Assembly (NCBI GenBank): GCA_964512925.1
Contig: CAZEKH010000004.1
Location: 72,392 to 136,391, forward strand
DNA from: an uncultured Candidatus Saccharibacteria bacterium
Lineage (GTDB): Bacteria > Patescibacteriota > Doudnabacteria > UBA920
Length of the DNA stretch: 64,000 bases
Direction of reading: 5' to 3'
The position numbers and the translations under genes were made by a program. The notes under the pieces were generated by a model. The model was not told the origin of the DNA and did not search any database. It was given only the letters and a program-made list of their open reading frames with translations. Shown here piece by piece: positions 7,873-17,169 of this stretch; the stretch's first letter is position 1; each line of letters starts with the position of its first letter.

Positions 7873-10239
7873 ATGGCTTTTGTTGAGGATTTAAAAGACA
7901 AAGTAAATAGGTATTTAGACACCCAAGCTCTCAAATCTTTGGAGCATCGGGTTGGTTTGATTTTAAACGAGAGGGAAGAACTAAAAAGCTGGACTGACAA
8001 TGAGCTGAGGCTTTCTACTTTGGCTTTTAAGGATGATTTAGCAAAGGGAAAAAGTTTGGACTCGCTGGTAATATCTGCTTTTGCCGTGGTTTGCGAAGCC
8101 GCCAGACGAGTTTTTGGAAAGATCCCGTATGAGGTTCAGATTTTAGCCGGGCTTGTCATACATCAGGGAAAAGTTGCTGAGATGAAAGCCGGGGAAGGCA
8201 AAACTTTGACTGAAACTATGCCGGTGTATTTAAACGCGCTCTTAGGCAAGGGTGTGCACATCATAACTACTAACGACTATTTAGCTGAAAGGGATGCCAA
8301 AGAGATGAGTAAGCTGTATAGCTTTTTAGGCCTCACAACCGGTTATGTGGTTTCCACTTTAAAAAATCAAGAAAGGCAAACAGCGTATGCTCAGGATATA
8401 ACTTATGTAACAAATCAGGAAGTCGGGTTTGATTTTTTAAGGGATAACTTGGTTTTTGCCCGCAAGGAAAGAGTTTTAAGGTCTAAGAATCCTTTGCATT
8501 TCGGTATTATTGACGAAATAGACAGCATACTCATAGACGAGTCGCGCACGCCTTTGATCATTGCCGAGGCGGTTTCAGAGGAAAGGCAATTTTACGATTT
8601 GTTTACAGGCATTTCGTCTAAACTAAAGGAAGAGGAAGATTTTAAAGTTGATTATCAGCATAAGCAAGTAAGTATGACTGAAGAGGGGTTAAATAAAGCT
8701 GAAGCGATTTTGGGCGAACCGATTTTTAGCGCCACTAATCCAATGTATGTTTTTTATCTGGATGTTTGTTTAAGGGCCAAAACGCTTTTTGAAAAAGATA
8801 GGGACTATATCATTACTTCTGACGGGGTTGAAATAGTGGATGAATTCACGGGTCGGGTTTTGCCTGGCCGCAGATTTACAGATGGGGTGCACCAGGCGAT
8901 TGAAGCAAAAGAGAAAGTTAAAGTGCAGGAAGCTGACAGAACCACGGCAGCAGTCACTTTTCAGAATTTTTTTCCGATGTATGAAAAACTGTCGGGAATG
9001 TCCGGCACTGTGATGCGCGCGCGGGATGAGTTCCGTCAGGTTTATCATTTGGACGTGATACAGATTCCTACCAACAAACCTCTTTTAAGGATTGACCATA
9101 ACGATCTTTTTTTCAAAACCCAAAAAGGCAAATTTTTGGGGATGATGAAAAAAATCCTTCAAGCTCATAGAAAAGGCCAGCCGGTTTTAATCGGTTCGCG
9201 TAATGTAGAAACCGCCCATATGGTTGCTTCCATACTGGAAGAACAAAATTTAGCTTTCCAGCTCCTAACAGCTTCTGACCACCGTTCGGAAGCGGAAAAA
9301 ATCGCTCAGGCAGGTCAAGCGGGAATGATAACAGTCGCGACCAATATGGCCGGCAGGGGAACTGATATTTTACTTGGAGCCGGAGTTGAAGCGGAAGGCG
9401 GACTTTTTGTCATAGGCACAGAAAGACACGAATCCAGAAGAATTGACGACCAGCTGGTGGGAAGGTCTGGCAGGCAGGGGGAAGCCGGAGAGTCGCAATT
9501 TTTTATATCAATGGAAGATGAGATTATGCAGCTTTTTGGCAGTGAGAAAATCATTGATGCGATGGAGAGCATAGACATAGCTGAAGATGAATACATATCG
9601 GGCCGTAGTTTGGATTTGGCCTTTAAAAAAGCCCAGGATTTTGTGGAAAGTCGGAACTATGATTCTAGAATTTATCTATATAAATATGATCGGGTGGTAA
9701 ATTTTCAGCGCAATGAAGTATATAAATTAAGAGAACAGCTTTTAGAGAATGAGAATGCTTTTTCAGATTTTTTAAAAAGAACCGTGCCTGAGGTTTTGGA
9801 CGAGATATTTTCCTGGCCAGATTCTGAATCAATAGAAAAAAAACTAAGCGAGGTTTTTAGCGTTAACGTCGGGGGCGGCGAACTTGAAGAGTTTTTGAAA
9901 GAGAAAAATTTTTACAAGAAAACACAAAAGCTCTTAGAGATAAAAAATAAGCTGGCTGGATATTTTACCGAGAAAGCATTTTTAATGCGCGAAGACAGGG
10001 AAGTTTGGCTAGCTGCTCAAAATTTGGTTTTAAATGTAATTGACAGCAACTGGAGCAATCAGCTGGAGCTGATGGATATTTTAAAAGAAGAAGCGAATCT
10101 TTTTTCTTACGCTTCTGAAGACCCGCTTTTGGACTACATCCGCGACAGTCGGGATTTGTTTGCGGAGATGGGAAAAAATATCCAAAGGCAGTTTTTACAG
10201 GCAATATTTTTACGGTTAAATCAGCAGGGAAAACTTTAG
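7873..10239 (+). CDS. secA: Preprotein translocase ATPase SecA
   Basis: SecA DEAD motor motifs (MKAGEGKT, DEIDSILIDE). Confidence 0.95.
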   Translation: MAFVEDLKDKVNRYLDTQALKSLEHRVGLILNEREELKSWTDNELRLSTLAFKDDLAKGKSLDSLVISAFAVVCEAARRVFGKIPYEVQILAGLVIHQGKVAEMKAGEGKTLTETMPVYLNALLGKGVHIITTNDYLAERDAKEMSKLYSFLGLTTGYVVSTLKNQERQTAYAQDITYVTNQEVGFDFLRDNLVFARKERVLRSKNPLHFGIIDEIDSILIDESRTPLIIAEAVSEERQFYDLFTGISSKLKEEEDFKVDYQHKQVSMTEEGLNKAEAILGEPIFSATNPMYVFYLDVCLRAKTLFEKDRDYIITSDGVEIVDEFTGRVLPGRRFTDGVHQAIEAKEKVKVQEADRTTAAVTFQNFFPMYEKLSGMSGTVMRARDEFRQVYHLDVIQIPTNKPLLRIDHNDLFFKTQKGKFLGMMKKILQAHRKGQPVLIGSRNVETAHMVASILEEQNLAFQLLTASDHRSEAEKIAQAGQAGMITVATNMAGRGTDILLGAGVEAEGGLFVIGTERHESRRIDDQLVGRSGRQGEAGESQFFISMEDEIMQLFGSEKIIDAMESIDIAEDEYISGRSLDLAFKKAQDFVESRNYDSRIYLYKYDRVVNFQRNEVYKLREQLLENENAFSDFLKRTVPEVLDEIFSWPDSESIEKKLSEVFSVNVGGGELEEFLKEKNFYKKTQKLLEIKNKLAGYFTEKAFLMREDREVWLAAQNLVLNVIDSNWSNQLELMDILKEEANLFSYASEDPLLDYIRDSRDLFAEMGKNIQRQFLQAIFLRLNQQGKL

Positions 10240-10293
10240 AGTTATCATAATTTCTAATTGACCTAATTATTCTAAATCAGGTATACTTTACGT

Positions 10294-10575
10294 ATGCTGA
10301 GTAAAGAAGAGATAAAAAGAATTGCGGTTTTAGCTCGCATAGAGCTGAGCGAACAGGAAGTGGAAGGTCTTCAAAAAGACCTCTCTGCTGTTTTGGATTA
10401 TGTTGAGGATTTAAAACAGGTAGACACTGAAGGACTTCAGGAGATTGCCCAGGTAACCGGTTTGGTTAATGTGCAAAGAATGGACGCGCCGGAAGAAACT
10501 CAAATCCGCGAGGAGATTTTTAGCCAAGCTCCGGAGATGAAAGATGGATATTTTAAGGTGAAAGCGATCTTATAA
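10294..10575 (+). CDS. gatC: Glu/Asp-tRNA amidotransferase subunit C
   Basis: 93 aa GatC-like, located immediately upstream of gatA and gatB. Confidence 0.85.
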   Translation: MLSKEEIKRIAVLARIELSEQEVEGLQKDLSAVLDYVEDLKQVDTEGLQEIAQVTGLVNVQRMDAPEETQIREEIFSQAPEMKDGYFKVKAIL

Positions 10576-10753
10576 ATTGTTCAAATTTCCCCGCCTGCCA
10601 AGAAAGTGGAGAGTTGAAAAGATAAAATAATTATAATCAATAATTCTATTAATTCAGTTGTCTTGGGCTGGCAGATAATTAACCTAAAATATATTATTGG
10701 GGATTTAGGAATTATTTAGAATAATTAGATATTAGGTTAATTAGAATAATTTT

Positions 10754-12241
10754 ATGTCAGATTCTTTTGAATTTAAAACTTTAACAGAACTGCGGAATTT
10801 GCTGGATTCCAAGTCCATATCTTCTTTGGAATTGACCAAATATTTTTTGTCGCGCATAAAAAATTTGGATAAAGATTTAAATTCTTTTGTGACTGTTTCA
10901 GAAGAAGAGGCTTTGAAAAATGCCAAGGATGCGGACGAGTTTATAAATTCGCCTGGTGAAAATCCTTTTTTATGCGGTATTCCTTATGCTTCAAAAGATT
11001 TATTTTTGACCAAAGGCGTGCGCACCACTGCTTCTTCAAAAATATTGGATAACTATATACCGCCTTATGATGGAACTGTGACAAAAAAACTAAAAGATCA
11101 AAAGTCAGTTTTGCTGGGTAAAACCAATTTAGACGAATTTGCCCACGGCTCTTCTACTGAAACTTCAGCTTATGGGGTGTCAAAAAATCCTTGGGATAAA
11201 AATCGCATACCGGGAGGTTCTTCGGGTGGTTCTACTTCAGCTGTGGGAGGCGGACTTGCTCCTTGGGCAACAGCTACGGAAACAGGCGGCAGTATCCGTC
11301 AGCCGGCTTCTTTGTGCGGGCTTTCTGGCTGGAAGCCTACCTACGGGCGTGTTTCAAGATTTGGAGTCATAGCTATGGGTAGTTCTTTGGACTGTCCTGG
11401 CGCGGTTGCGCATACAGTTGAGGATTTGGCTCATTTGGCTGAAATAATGTCAGGACTGGACCCGAAGGATTCCACTACCGGACCGGTTGAGGTACCGCGC
11501 TTTTCCAAATCTTTAAACCAAAACATTAAAGGAAAAAAATTGGGTTTGCCCAAACAATATTTTGTAGATGGTATGGAGGAGGGTGTCAAGATAAGGGTTT
11601 TGGAAGCGGTTGATGAGCTTAAAAAACTTGGCGCTGAAATTGTTGAAGTTGACCTGCCGAACACCAGATACGGGTCTTTAGTTTATGCTATTATTTGTCC
11701 TTCGGAAGTTTCTTCAAATCTTGCGCGGTTTGATGGCATCCGCTATGGCCATAGCTCCAAGGAAGCGAAAAATCTTTTGGAAACCTATGAGAAATCCCGC
11801 GGAGAAGGTTTGGGTTTGGAGGCAAAGCGGAGGGTTTTAACAGGGACATATGTATTATCTGCCGGCTACTATGATGCGTATTATAAAAAAGCTCAAAAGG
11901 TCAGGGGGCTTATACTGCACGAATTTCAGGAAATTTTTAAGTCAGTTGACGCCCTGGTCTGCCCTTCTTCGCCAAATGTTGCGCCGAAAATCGGCACTGC
12001 CAAACAAAACCCGCTTTTTGGCTATATTGCCGACCAGCTGAACATCCCGTCCTCGCTTGCCGGCCTTCCTGCTTTGTCTGTTCCTTGCGGATTTTCTTCC
12101 CCGTCTGACGATGCTTCAGTACAGCTGCCTGTCGGCCTCCAGATCATCGGTCCTCAATGGGGAGAGCAGACAGTATTTGATATAGGTTATGCTTTTCAAA
12201 AAGTTACTGATTGGCATACCAAACATTCAACTCTTGCATAA
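10754..12241 (+). CDS. gatA: Glu/Asp-tRNA amidotransferase subunit A (amidase signature)
   Basis: Amidase signature GGSSGGS...TETGGSIRQPA. Confidence 0.9.
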   Translation: MSDSFEFKTLTELRNLLDSKSISSLELTKYFLSRIKNLDKDLNSFVTVSEEEALKNAKDADEFINSPGENPFLCGIPYASKDLFLTKGVRTTASSKILDNYIPPYDGTVTKKLKDQKSVLLGKTNLDEFAHGSSTETSAYGVSKNPWDKNRIPGGSSGGSTSAVGGGLAPWATATETGGSIRQPASLCGLSGWKPTYGRVSRFGVIAMGSSLDCPGAVAHTVEDLAHLAEIMSGLDPKDSTTGPVEVPRFSKSLNQNIKGKKLGLPKQYFVDGMEEGVKIRVLEAVDELKKLGAEIVEVDLPNTRYGSLVYAIICPSEVSSNLARFDGIRYGHSSKEAKNLLETYEKSRGEGLGLEAKRRVLTGTYVLSAGYYDAYYKKAQKVRGLILHEFQEIFKSVDALVCPSSPNVAPKIGTAKQNPLFGYIADQLNIPSSLAGLPALSVPCGFSSPSDDASVQLPVGLQIIGPQWGEQTVFDIGYAFQKVTDWHTKHSTLA

Positions 12242-12279
12242 CTAGAGAATTTTTAATTTGCAATTTTAATGAATTTTCA

Positions 12280-13830
12280 ATGAAAGAATTTACAGCTTCA
12301 ACCGAATACAAACCCGTGATTGGGTTTGAGATACATATACAGCTTGCTACCAAATCTAAGATGTTTGGCGTGGCGCACAACAACCCGGACCAGACTGAGC
12401 CGAATATGGATATAGACGAAGTTAACACGGCGCAGCCCGGGACTTTGCCTGTGGCAAACAAAGAAGCTATAAGGATGACTACAATGGTGGGGCTTGCTTT
12501 AAACTGTCAGATAGATGAGTTTAGCAAGTTTGACAGAAAACACTATTTTTACCCCGACCTGCCGAAAGGTTATCAGATTTCTCAGTATGATCAACCCATT
12601 GCGAAAAACGGGTATTTGGACATAGAGGTGAATGGAAAAATAAAGAGGATTAACATCACCAGGGGGCACCTTGAAGAAGATGCCGGGAAAAACATTCACC
12701 CAGAAGGATTGCCTTACTCTTTGGTTGATTACAACAGGGCTGGGTCAGCGCTTTTGGAAATTGTGACTGAACCGGAGATAGAAAGCGGACAGGAAGCTTA
12801 TGCGTTTTTAAGTGAGTTAAAAAATATCGTACGCTACTTGGGCGTGTCTTCCGCAGATATGGAAAAAGGAATTTTAAGGTGTGAGCCGAGCATTTCTGTG
12901 CGAAAACCTGGGGAAACCACTCTGCCAAAATATAAAGTGGAAGTAAAAAATATCAACTCTTTTCGCTTTGCCCAGGCTGCGATTGACTACGAAATCGCGC
13001 GGCAGACCGAGATTTTAAAAGACGGCGGAACGCCCAAGCAGGTTACTATGGGCTGGAACGAAAAGCTGGGAGTGACGGTTGAGCAGAGAAGCAAAGAAGA
13101 AGCAAACGACTACCGATATTTTCCGGAGCCGGATTTGCCGGTTTTACAATTTACCCAAGAGTATTTAGATGAGCTTAAAAGAAAAATGCCGGAACTGCCT
13201 GCTCAGAAAAGGCAAAGATTTTTAGAGGAATACGGTCTGCCTAAAGCGGATGTGGAAAATTTGGTTAATTGGAAAGAATTGGCGAATTATTTTGAGGAAG
13301 TGGTGAGTGAAATAGACGAATGGATCATTGTGGAAGGTCAATCGTTCGACCTCTCCCGCCCTGCGGGCACCCTCCCCACGCCTGGGGAGGGAAAAAGTGT
13401 TATTGCTTCGCAACTCTATAAAAGCGCTGTCAATTGGTGTTTGCAGGATTTTTCCGCGCTTTTAAACCAAAATCTGTGGAATCCTTCGGATTCTTCTGTA
13501 ACCCCTGAAAATTTTGCTGAGCTTTTAGTAATGATCCAGAAAGGAAAAATTTCAACTTCTGCAGCCAAACAGGTGTTTAAAGTGATGTTTGAAAAAGGCG
13601 GAGAGCCGGACAATATAGTTTCCGACCTTGGCCTGGAGCAGGTTTCAGATACAGGAGCTATTGAATCCGCTTTGGATAAAGTCATTGCCGAAAACCAAAA
13701 AGCTGTTACGGACTACAGGGCAGGCCAACAAAAGTCTTTTGGTTTTTTGGTCGGCCAGGCAATGAAAGAGCTGAAAGGTAAAGGCAACCCGCAGATTATA
13801 AACGAAATTTTAAAGAAAAAACTTTCTTAG
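12280..13830 (+). CDS. gatB: Glu/Asp-tRNA amidotransferase subunit B
   Basis: ATG at 12280 (MKEFTAS...) overlaps the gatA end. GatB core plus YqeY-like tail. It carries a GC-rich in-frame insert (see 13350-13391). Confidence 0.9.
   Translation: MKEFTASTEYKPVIGFEIHIQLATKSKMFGVAHNNPDQTEPNMDIDEVNTAQPGTLPVANKEAIRMTTMVGLALNCQIDEFSKFDRKHYFYPDLPKGYQISQYDQPIAKNGYLDIEVNGKIKRINITRGHLEEDAGKNIHPEGLPYSLVDYNRAGSALLEIVTEPEIESGQEAYAFLSELKNIVRYLGVSSADMEKGILRCEPSISVRKPGETTLPKYKVEVKNINSFRFAQAAIDYEIARQTEILKDGGTPKQVTMGWNEKLGVTVEQRSKEEANDYRYFPEPDLPVLQFTQEYLDELKRKMPELPAQKRQRFLEEYGLPKADVENLVNWKELANYFEEVVSEIDEWIIVEGQSFDLSRPAGTLPTPGEGKSVIASQLYKSAVNWCLQDFSALLNQNLWNPSDSSVTPENFAELLVMIQKGKISTSAAKQVFKVMFEKGGEPDNIVSDLGLEQVSDTGAIESALDKVIAENQKAVTDYRAGQQKSFGFLVGQAMKELKGKGNPQIINEILKKKLS
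13350..13391. repeat. GC-rich palindromic element inserted in-frame in gatB (hairpins CCCGC-CCT-GCGGG and CCCTCCCC-ACGCCT-GGGGAGGG)
   Basis: It translates to SRPAGTLPTPGEG. The second hairpin is the C-for-T variant of the CCCTCTCC-N6-GGAGAGGG core seen elsewhere in the window. Confidence 0.6.
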
Positions 13831-13836
13831 ACAGTT

Positions 13837-14724
13837 ATGTTAAATAGAAGAGAATTTCTAACAAGTTTACTTCCTGCTTTAGCTTTTAAATCTGAAGCAA
13901 AAGAAAAAAAGCAGGATCAGGTATGGAGCGAGGGCGTTGAAAGGATGAGTATTTTGTCGAAAACTGGGGAGGTTGAGATGAGTAATGTGTTTTTACACAA
14001 ACCCGGCGAAAAGTCTAGTTGGAATCTGGAAACTATAGGTGGAGAAAGAGTGGTTTCTGCAAATAAAGCAGAATGGGAGTTTATTCGCGAAAAAATCCAA
14101 AATGGATATTTAGTCATTACCGGTCATACTCATACAAGTCAAAGTGTTGAATCCGATGTGTTAAAGCTGACCAAGCAGAATAAAAAACCGGATATGGTTA
14201 AGCTTATTTCACCACCCAGTGTGCAAGGGCTGCTCGATATGGAAGCTTCAGGTGATTTTATTTATGCTTTTGACCAAGCAATGAATATAAAAAGTTATGG
14301 ACTTCCTTCTGAGTATGTGCTAAATGCGGTTTATGATCCAGCAGGGGTTTGGGTTTTTAAGGTTGATGCTGATACGAATTTTGTTCAAGATTTACATAGT
14401 ATTTTAAAGCGAGAACAAGAGTTAAAAGTGAACAATAAGTTAACAGGCGAATCAGTTAGCGCTTTGGCCTTGGAAAAAAAACAGCTGAGAAAAAAATATA
14501 GTCTCAATCTGGAAAGAGTAGCAAGCGCTTATAGAGAAATTTTAGAAGAGAATGTATTAAGTGTTCGTCACGCGCATTCCAATATGTTTGAAGTTTCCCA
14601 AAAAGCAAACCAGGTTTGTGGTGTTTTGGGAAATTTGGGCATCTCTATGAAGTATTATCAGTATCCGGATGCTGTCAAAATAGCGCCTTTGGAGATAGCA
14701 AAAGAATTTAGAATAAAATTCTAA
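13837..14724 (+). CDS. Hypothetical protein (295 aa) with an RREFL twin-arginine-like N-terminus
   Basis: Intact ORF with no confident homology. Confidence 0.45.
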   Translation: MLNRREFLTSLLPALAFKSEAKEKKQDQVWSEGVERMSILSKTGEVEMSNVFLHKPGEKSSWNLETIGGERVVSANKAEWEFIREKIQNGYLVITGHTHTSQSVESDVLKLTKQNKKPDMVKLISPPSVQGLLDMEASGDFIYAFDQAMNIKSYGLPSEYVLNAVYDPAGVWVFKVDADTNFVQDLHSILKREQELKVNNKLTGESVSALALEKKQLRKKYSLNLERVASAYREILEENVLSVRHAHSNMFEVSQKANQVCGVLGNLGISMKYYQYPDAVKIAPLEIAKEFRIKF

Positions 14725-14726
14725 AA

Positions 14727-14778
14727 AAAGTGCCGCCCGGGAAATTCGCCAACAGGCGAATCATCCGGGCGGTTTTGT
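14727..14778. terminator. Bidirectional terminator, nested hairpin GCCGCCCGG...CCGGGCGG
   Basis: A-run before and T-run after; it lies between convergent genes. Confidence 0.6.
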
Positions 14779-14780
14779 TG

Positions 14781-14993
14781 TCAGGGGTCACCGTATTTGC
14801 CCATCAAGATGTCGGAAACGACTTGAGCGAAGGCCTCATCGGTCGTCACTCCATTTAGCTGGGCTTGTTTGAAGGCCGTTAGTGAATAATCGATGATTGG
14901 GTTCCTGTCCGGGGCTTTTTCCCAGATCATAACCCCGTCTTTCATTTTGCAGATAGAAATCACTTGGGACCCGTCACGTGTGACGTAAGGCAT
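14781..14993 (-). CDS. Small hypothetical protein (70 aa) in a GC-rich island
   Basis: ATG at 14993 (MPYVTRDG...) with SD AAGGAG 6 nt upstream. GC is clearly above the neighbouring genes. Confidence 0.5.
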   Translation of the reverse strand: MPYVTRDGSQVISICKMKDGVMIWEKAPDRNPIIDYSLTAFKQAQLNGVTTDEAFAQVVSDILMGKYGDP

Positions 14994-15006
14994 GCACACT
15001 CCTTTC
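14988..15006 (-). promoter_or_regulatory. Hairpin that sequesters the SD of the small GC-rich gene (ACTCCTTT-TTG-AAAGGAGT on the mRNA)
   Basis: Perfect 8-bp stem whose right arm contains the AAGGAG SD. Confidence 0.4.
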
Positions 15007-15022
15007 AAAAAGGAGTATATAT
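15006..15022. repeat. (TA)8 dinucleotide microsatellite
   Basis: tatatatatatatatat. Confidence 0.9.
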
Positions 15023-15044
15023 ATATATATATCAGTTATTTTTT

Positions 15045-15083
15045 GCAAATAAAAAGAAGGGCACCCTCTTGCATTGCAAGAGG
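15045..15083 (-). terminator. 39-nt perfect palindrome (AGAAGGGCACCCTCTTGCA / TGCAAGAGGGTGCCCTTCT); probably the terminator of the miaA transcript
   Basis: Perfect inverted repeat, with an A-run on the plus side giving a T-run on the minus strand. Confidence 0.5.
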
Positions 15084-15273
15084 GTGCCCTTCTGGTGTAT
15101 TAATTATTTTTCGGATTGATGTTTTTGGGTTTAGCGTCGTTATTTTCTGGCTTTGTATCCGGGTGCAAATTTCTTAGACCAAAGGTTTCTTCGGTTAAAC
15201 CAAGCCCTCCGCATTGAGCTGGGTCTTCTCTTAGTGGATTGAAGTCAATTTCGTATTTTGGTTTTGGTATAAG

Positions 15274-16305
15274 TTAATGAATAAATTTTTTTATTAATTT
15301 TTCCGCTGTTTTTATGTTTGGTTTGATCCAGTGGATTTCCTGATTTTTTTTCCACCAGGTAAGCTGGCGTTTGGAGTAGTGTTTGATTGCGTAGGATAGT
15401 TCGGTTTGCGCGATATTCCACACCCTTCTAACCTCCCGCCTCAAGGGGGAGGAAATGTTTATATCGGGGTATTGTTGTAAAAATTTTGCAATGTACCGGT
15501 ATTCCAGACCGAATTGTTCTAATCTTTTCCAAGATAGCGCGGAACGGCGCGGAATTTTACGCGGAACGGCGCGGAAACCTTTATGCAGATTTTGTACTTC
15601 TTGGATCATTCCATCTTTTATTCTTTGTTTCAATCTTTTGTCGATTTTTTCATACAAAGTTTTTTGCGGCAAGATTGTGCCGATCCAGAGCGTATCATAT
15701 TTGCTGAGTACTGATGACTGAGCACTGATGACTGGGACAGGTTTACCTGTTGTGGCGATTATTTCTAAAGCGCGTATTAGTCTTCGTCTGTTATATCTGT
15801 CTATGGTTTTTGCGCGCTCTGGGTCCAAGCGAACTATTCGTGCGAATAGTTCCTCAGTGGATAGTTTTTCTAGTTCTTTGCGGAGCTTCGGGTTGGGTTT
15901 TACTTCGGGTATGCTTTGGTTAAAAACCACGGCGTCTATATAGTGCATACTCCCGCCGCAAAGTATTGGCAGTTTTCCGCGTTTTAAAATATCAGTTATA
16001 GCTTTGTCCGCGGCTTTTTTAAACCGCGAAACAGAATATTGGCGTTTTGGCGAGACAAAGTCTATGAGGTGGTGGGGGATGGATTTATAGTAAAATTGAA
16101 AATTTAATGATTTAAAGATTAAAGATTTTGGATTTTGAACCTTTTTCCAAACGCCAGGAACTTTTCCTGTGCCTAGGTTTAGGCCGCGGTAAATCTGCCG
16201 GCTATCGCAGGAGATTATTTCGCCGTTAAATTTTTTTGCTAAGGCTACTGCCAACTCGCTTTTACCTGAAGCTGTGGGGCCGACAATAATAATTATCTTA
16301 TTCAT
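15274..16305 (-). CDS. miaA: tRNA dimethylallyltransferase MiaA
   Basis: P-loop GPTASGKS and DSRQIYRGL; a C-terminal extension is present. Confidence 0.9.
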   Translation of the reverse strand: MNKIIIIVGPTASGKSELAVALAKKFNGEIISCDSRQIYRGLNLGTGKVPGVWKKVQNPKSLIFKSLNFQFYYKSIPHHLIDFVSPKRQYSVSRFKKAADKAITDILKRGKLPILCGGSMHYIDAVVFNQSIPEVKPNPKLRKELEKLSTEELFARIVRLDPERAKTIDRYNRRRLIRALEIIATTGKPVPVISAQSSVLSKYDTLWIGTILPQKTLYEKIDKRLKQRIKDGMIQEVQNLHKGFRAVPRKIPRRSALSWKRLEQFGLEYRYIAKFLQQYPDINISSPLRREVRRVWNIAQTELSYAIKHYSKRQLTWWKKNQEIHWIKPNIKTAEKLIKKFIH

Positions 16306-16551
16306 TATGACCGATCTGTATTAAAAATCTTTTATAAATATATTATTTTACAATTAATTTTTTTCCAGCGTGCGGGTTTTTTAACTTTAAAGACGCTCCC
16401 GAAAGTTTCATTTTTGGGCGTTTTTTAATTTCCCGCCTTTTGGCTTTTGTCGGGTATTCGTCAAAGATTTTTTTTCTCATAAAATGTCAAAAAAGAAATA
16501 TCAATTTTAGGTATGATATAATTATATTGCAAGATAAATAAATATACAAAG

Positions 16552-17082
16552 ATGAAAAATAAAATTTTCCCGTTGATATTAGTCCTTATTTTAGGCGGTG
16601 TGGCGAGCTATTTTTGGTATGATTCCAAGGAGAGAACAGTTTTGGCGCCAATACTGCCTGAAAAAAATAATTTGGAAAAAACACAGCAAGATTTAAGCCA
16701 GGGTCAAAAGCCTGAGCAGACAGAAAAACCGGTCGTAACATCTACACCAAAGCCTACCTTAGCACCTTCTCAAAGCTCAGGGGTGTTTTCCAGCGGTGAA
16801 GAGGTGGATGCGCCAGATATTTTGGTTTTAGAAAGCATTTTTGACGGCAGTAGTTTTAGTCCAAAAATTCTTGACATCAAAGCCGGGGATATAATCATTT
16901 TCAGAAATACTTCTAAAGTTCCTTTAAAAATAAAATCTATTGACTCAAGTTACTTAGAGTTTGATTCGGGCCAGGATATTTTACCCGGAGCAAAGTTTCA
17001 GTTTAAGTTTGAAAAAACCGGCTCGTGGCAATATTCGGATGAAAGATACCCGGATGCTGTAGGCCGGGTAAATGTAAAATAA
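16552..17082 (+). CDS. Hypothetical membrane-anchored protein (one N-terminal TM segment, Pro/Thr linker, C-terminal beta-rich domain)
   Basis: Intact ORF with a terminator after it. Confidence 0.45.
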   Translation: MKNKIFPLILVLILGGVASYFWYDSKERTVLAPILPEKNNLEKTQQDLSQGQKPEQTEKPVVTSTPKPTLAPSQSSGVFSSGEEVDAPDILVLESIFDGSSFSPKILDIKAGDIIIFRNTSKVPLKIKSIDSSYLEFDSGQDILPGAKFQFKFEKTGSWQYSDERYPDAVGRVNVK

Positions 17083-17088
17083 GTAAAT

Positions 17089-17120
17089 CCCGTCCTTTTC
17101 TTGAAAGGACGGGATTTTGT
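17089..17120 (+). terminator. Rho-independent terminator
   Basis: CCCGTCCTTTC-TTGA-AAGGACGGG followed by ATTTTGTATTT. Confidence 0.7.
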
Positions 17121-17169
17121 ATTTGGCTGAAAAAATGCTATAATAAAGTGGTAAAATTAAGATTTTTTC

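Noticed and set aside
16343-16480. 45-codon Lys/Arg-rich minus-strand ORF upstream of miaA, briefly considered as ribosomal protein L34
   Set aside because: The sequence does not match the L34 consensus. There is no SD, and the ATG is immediately preceded by a TTGACA box. It is probably chance translation of an A-rich leader.
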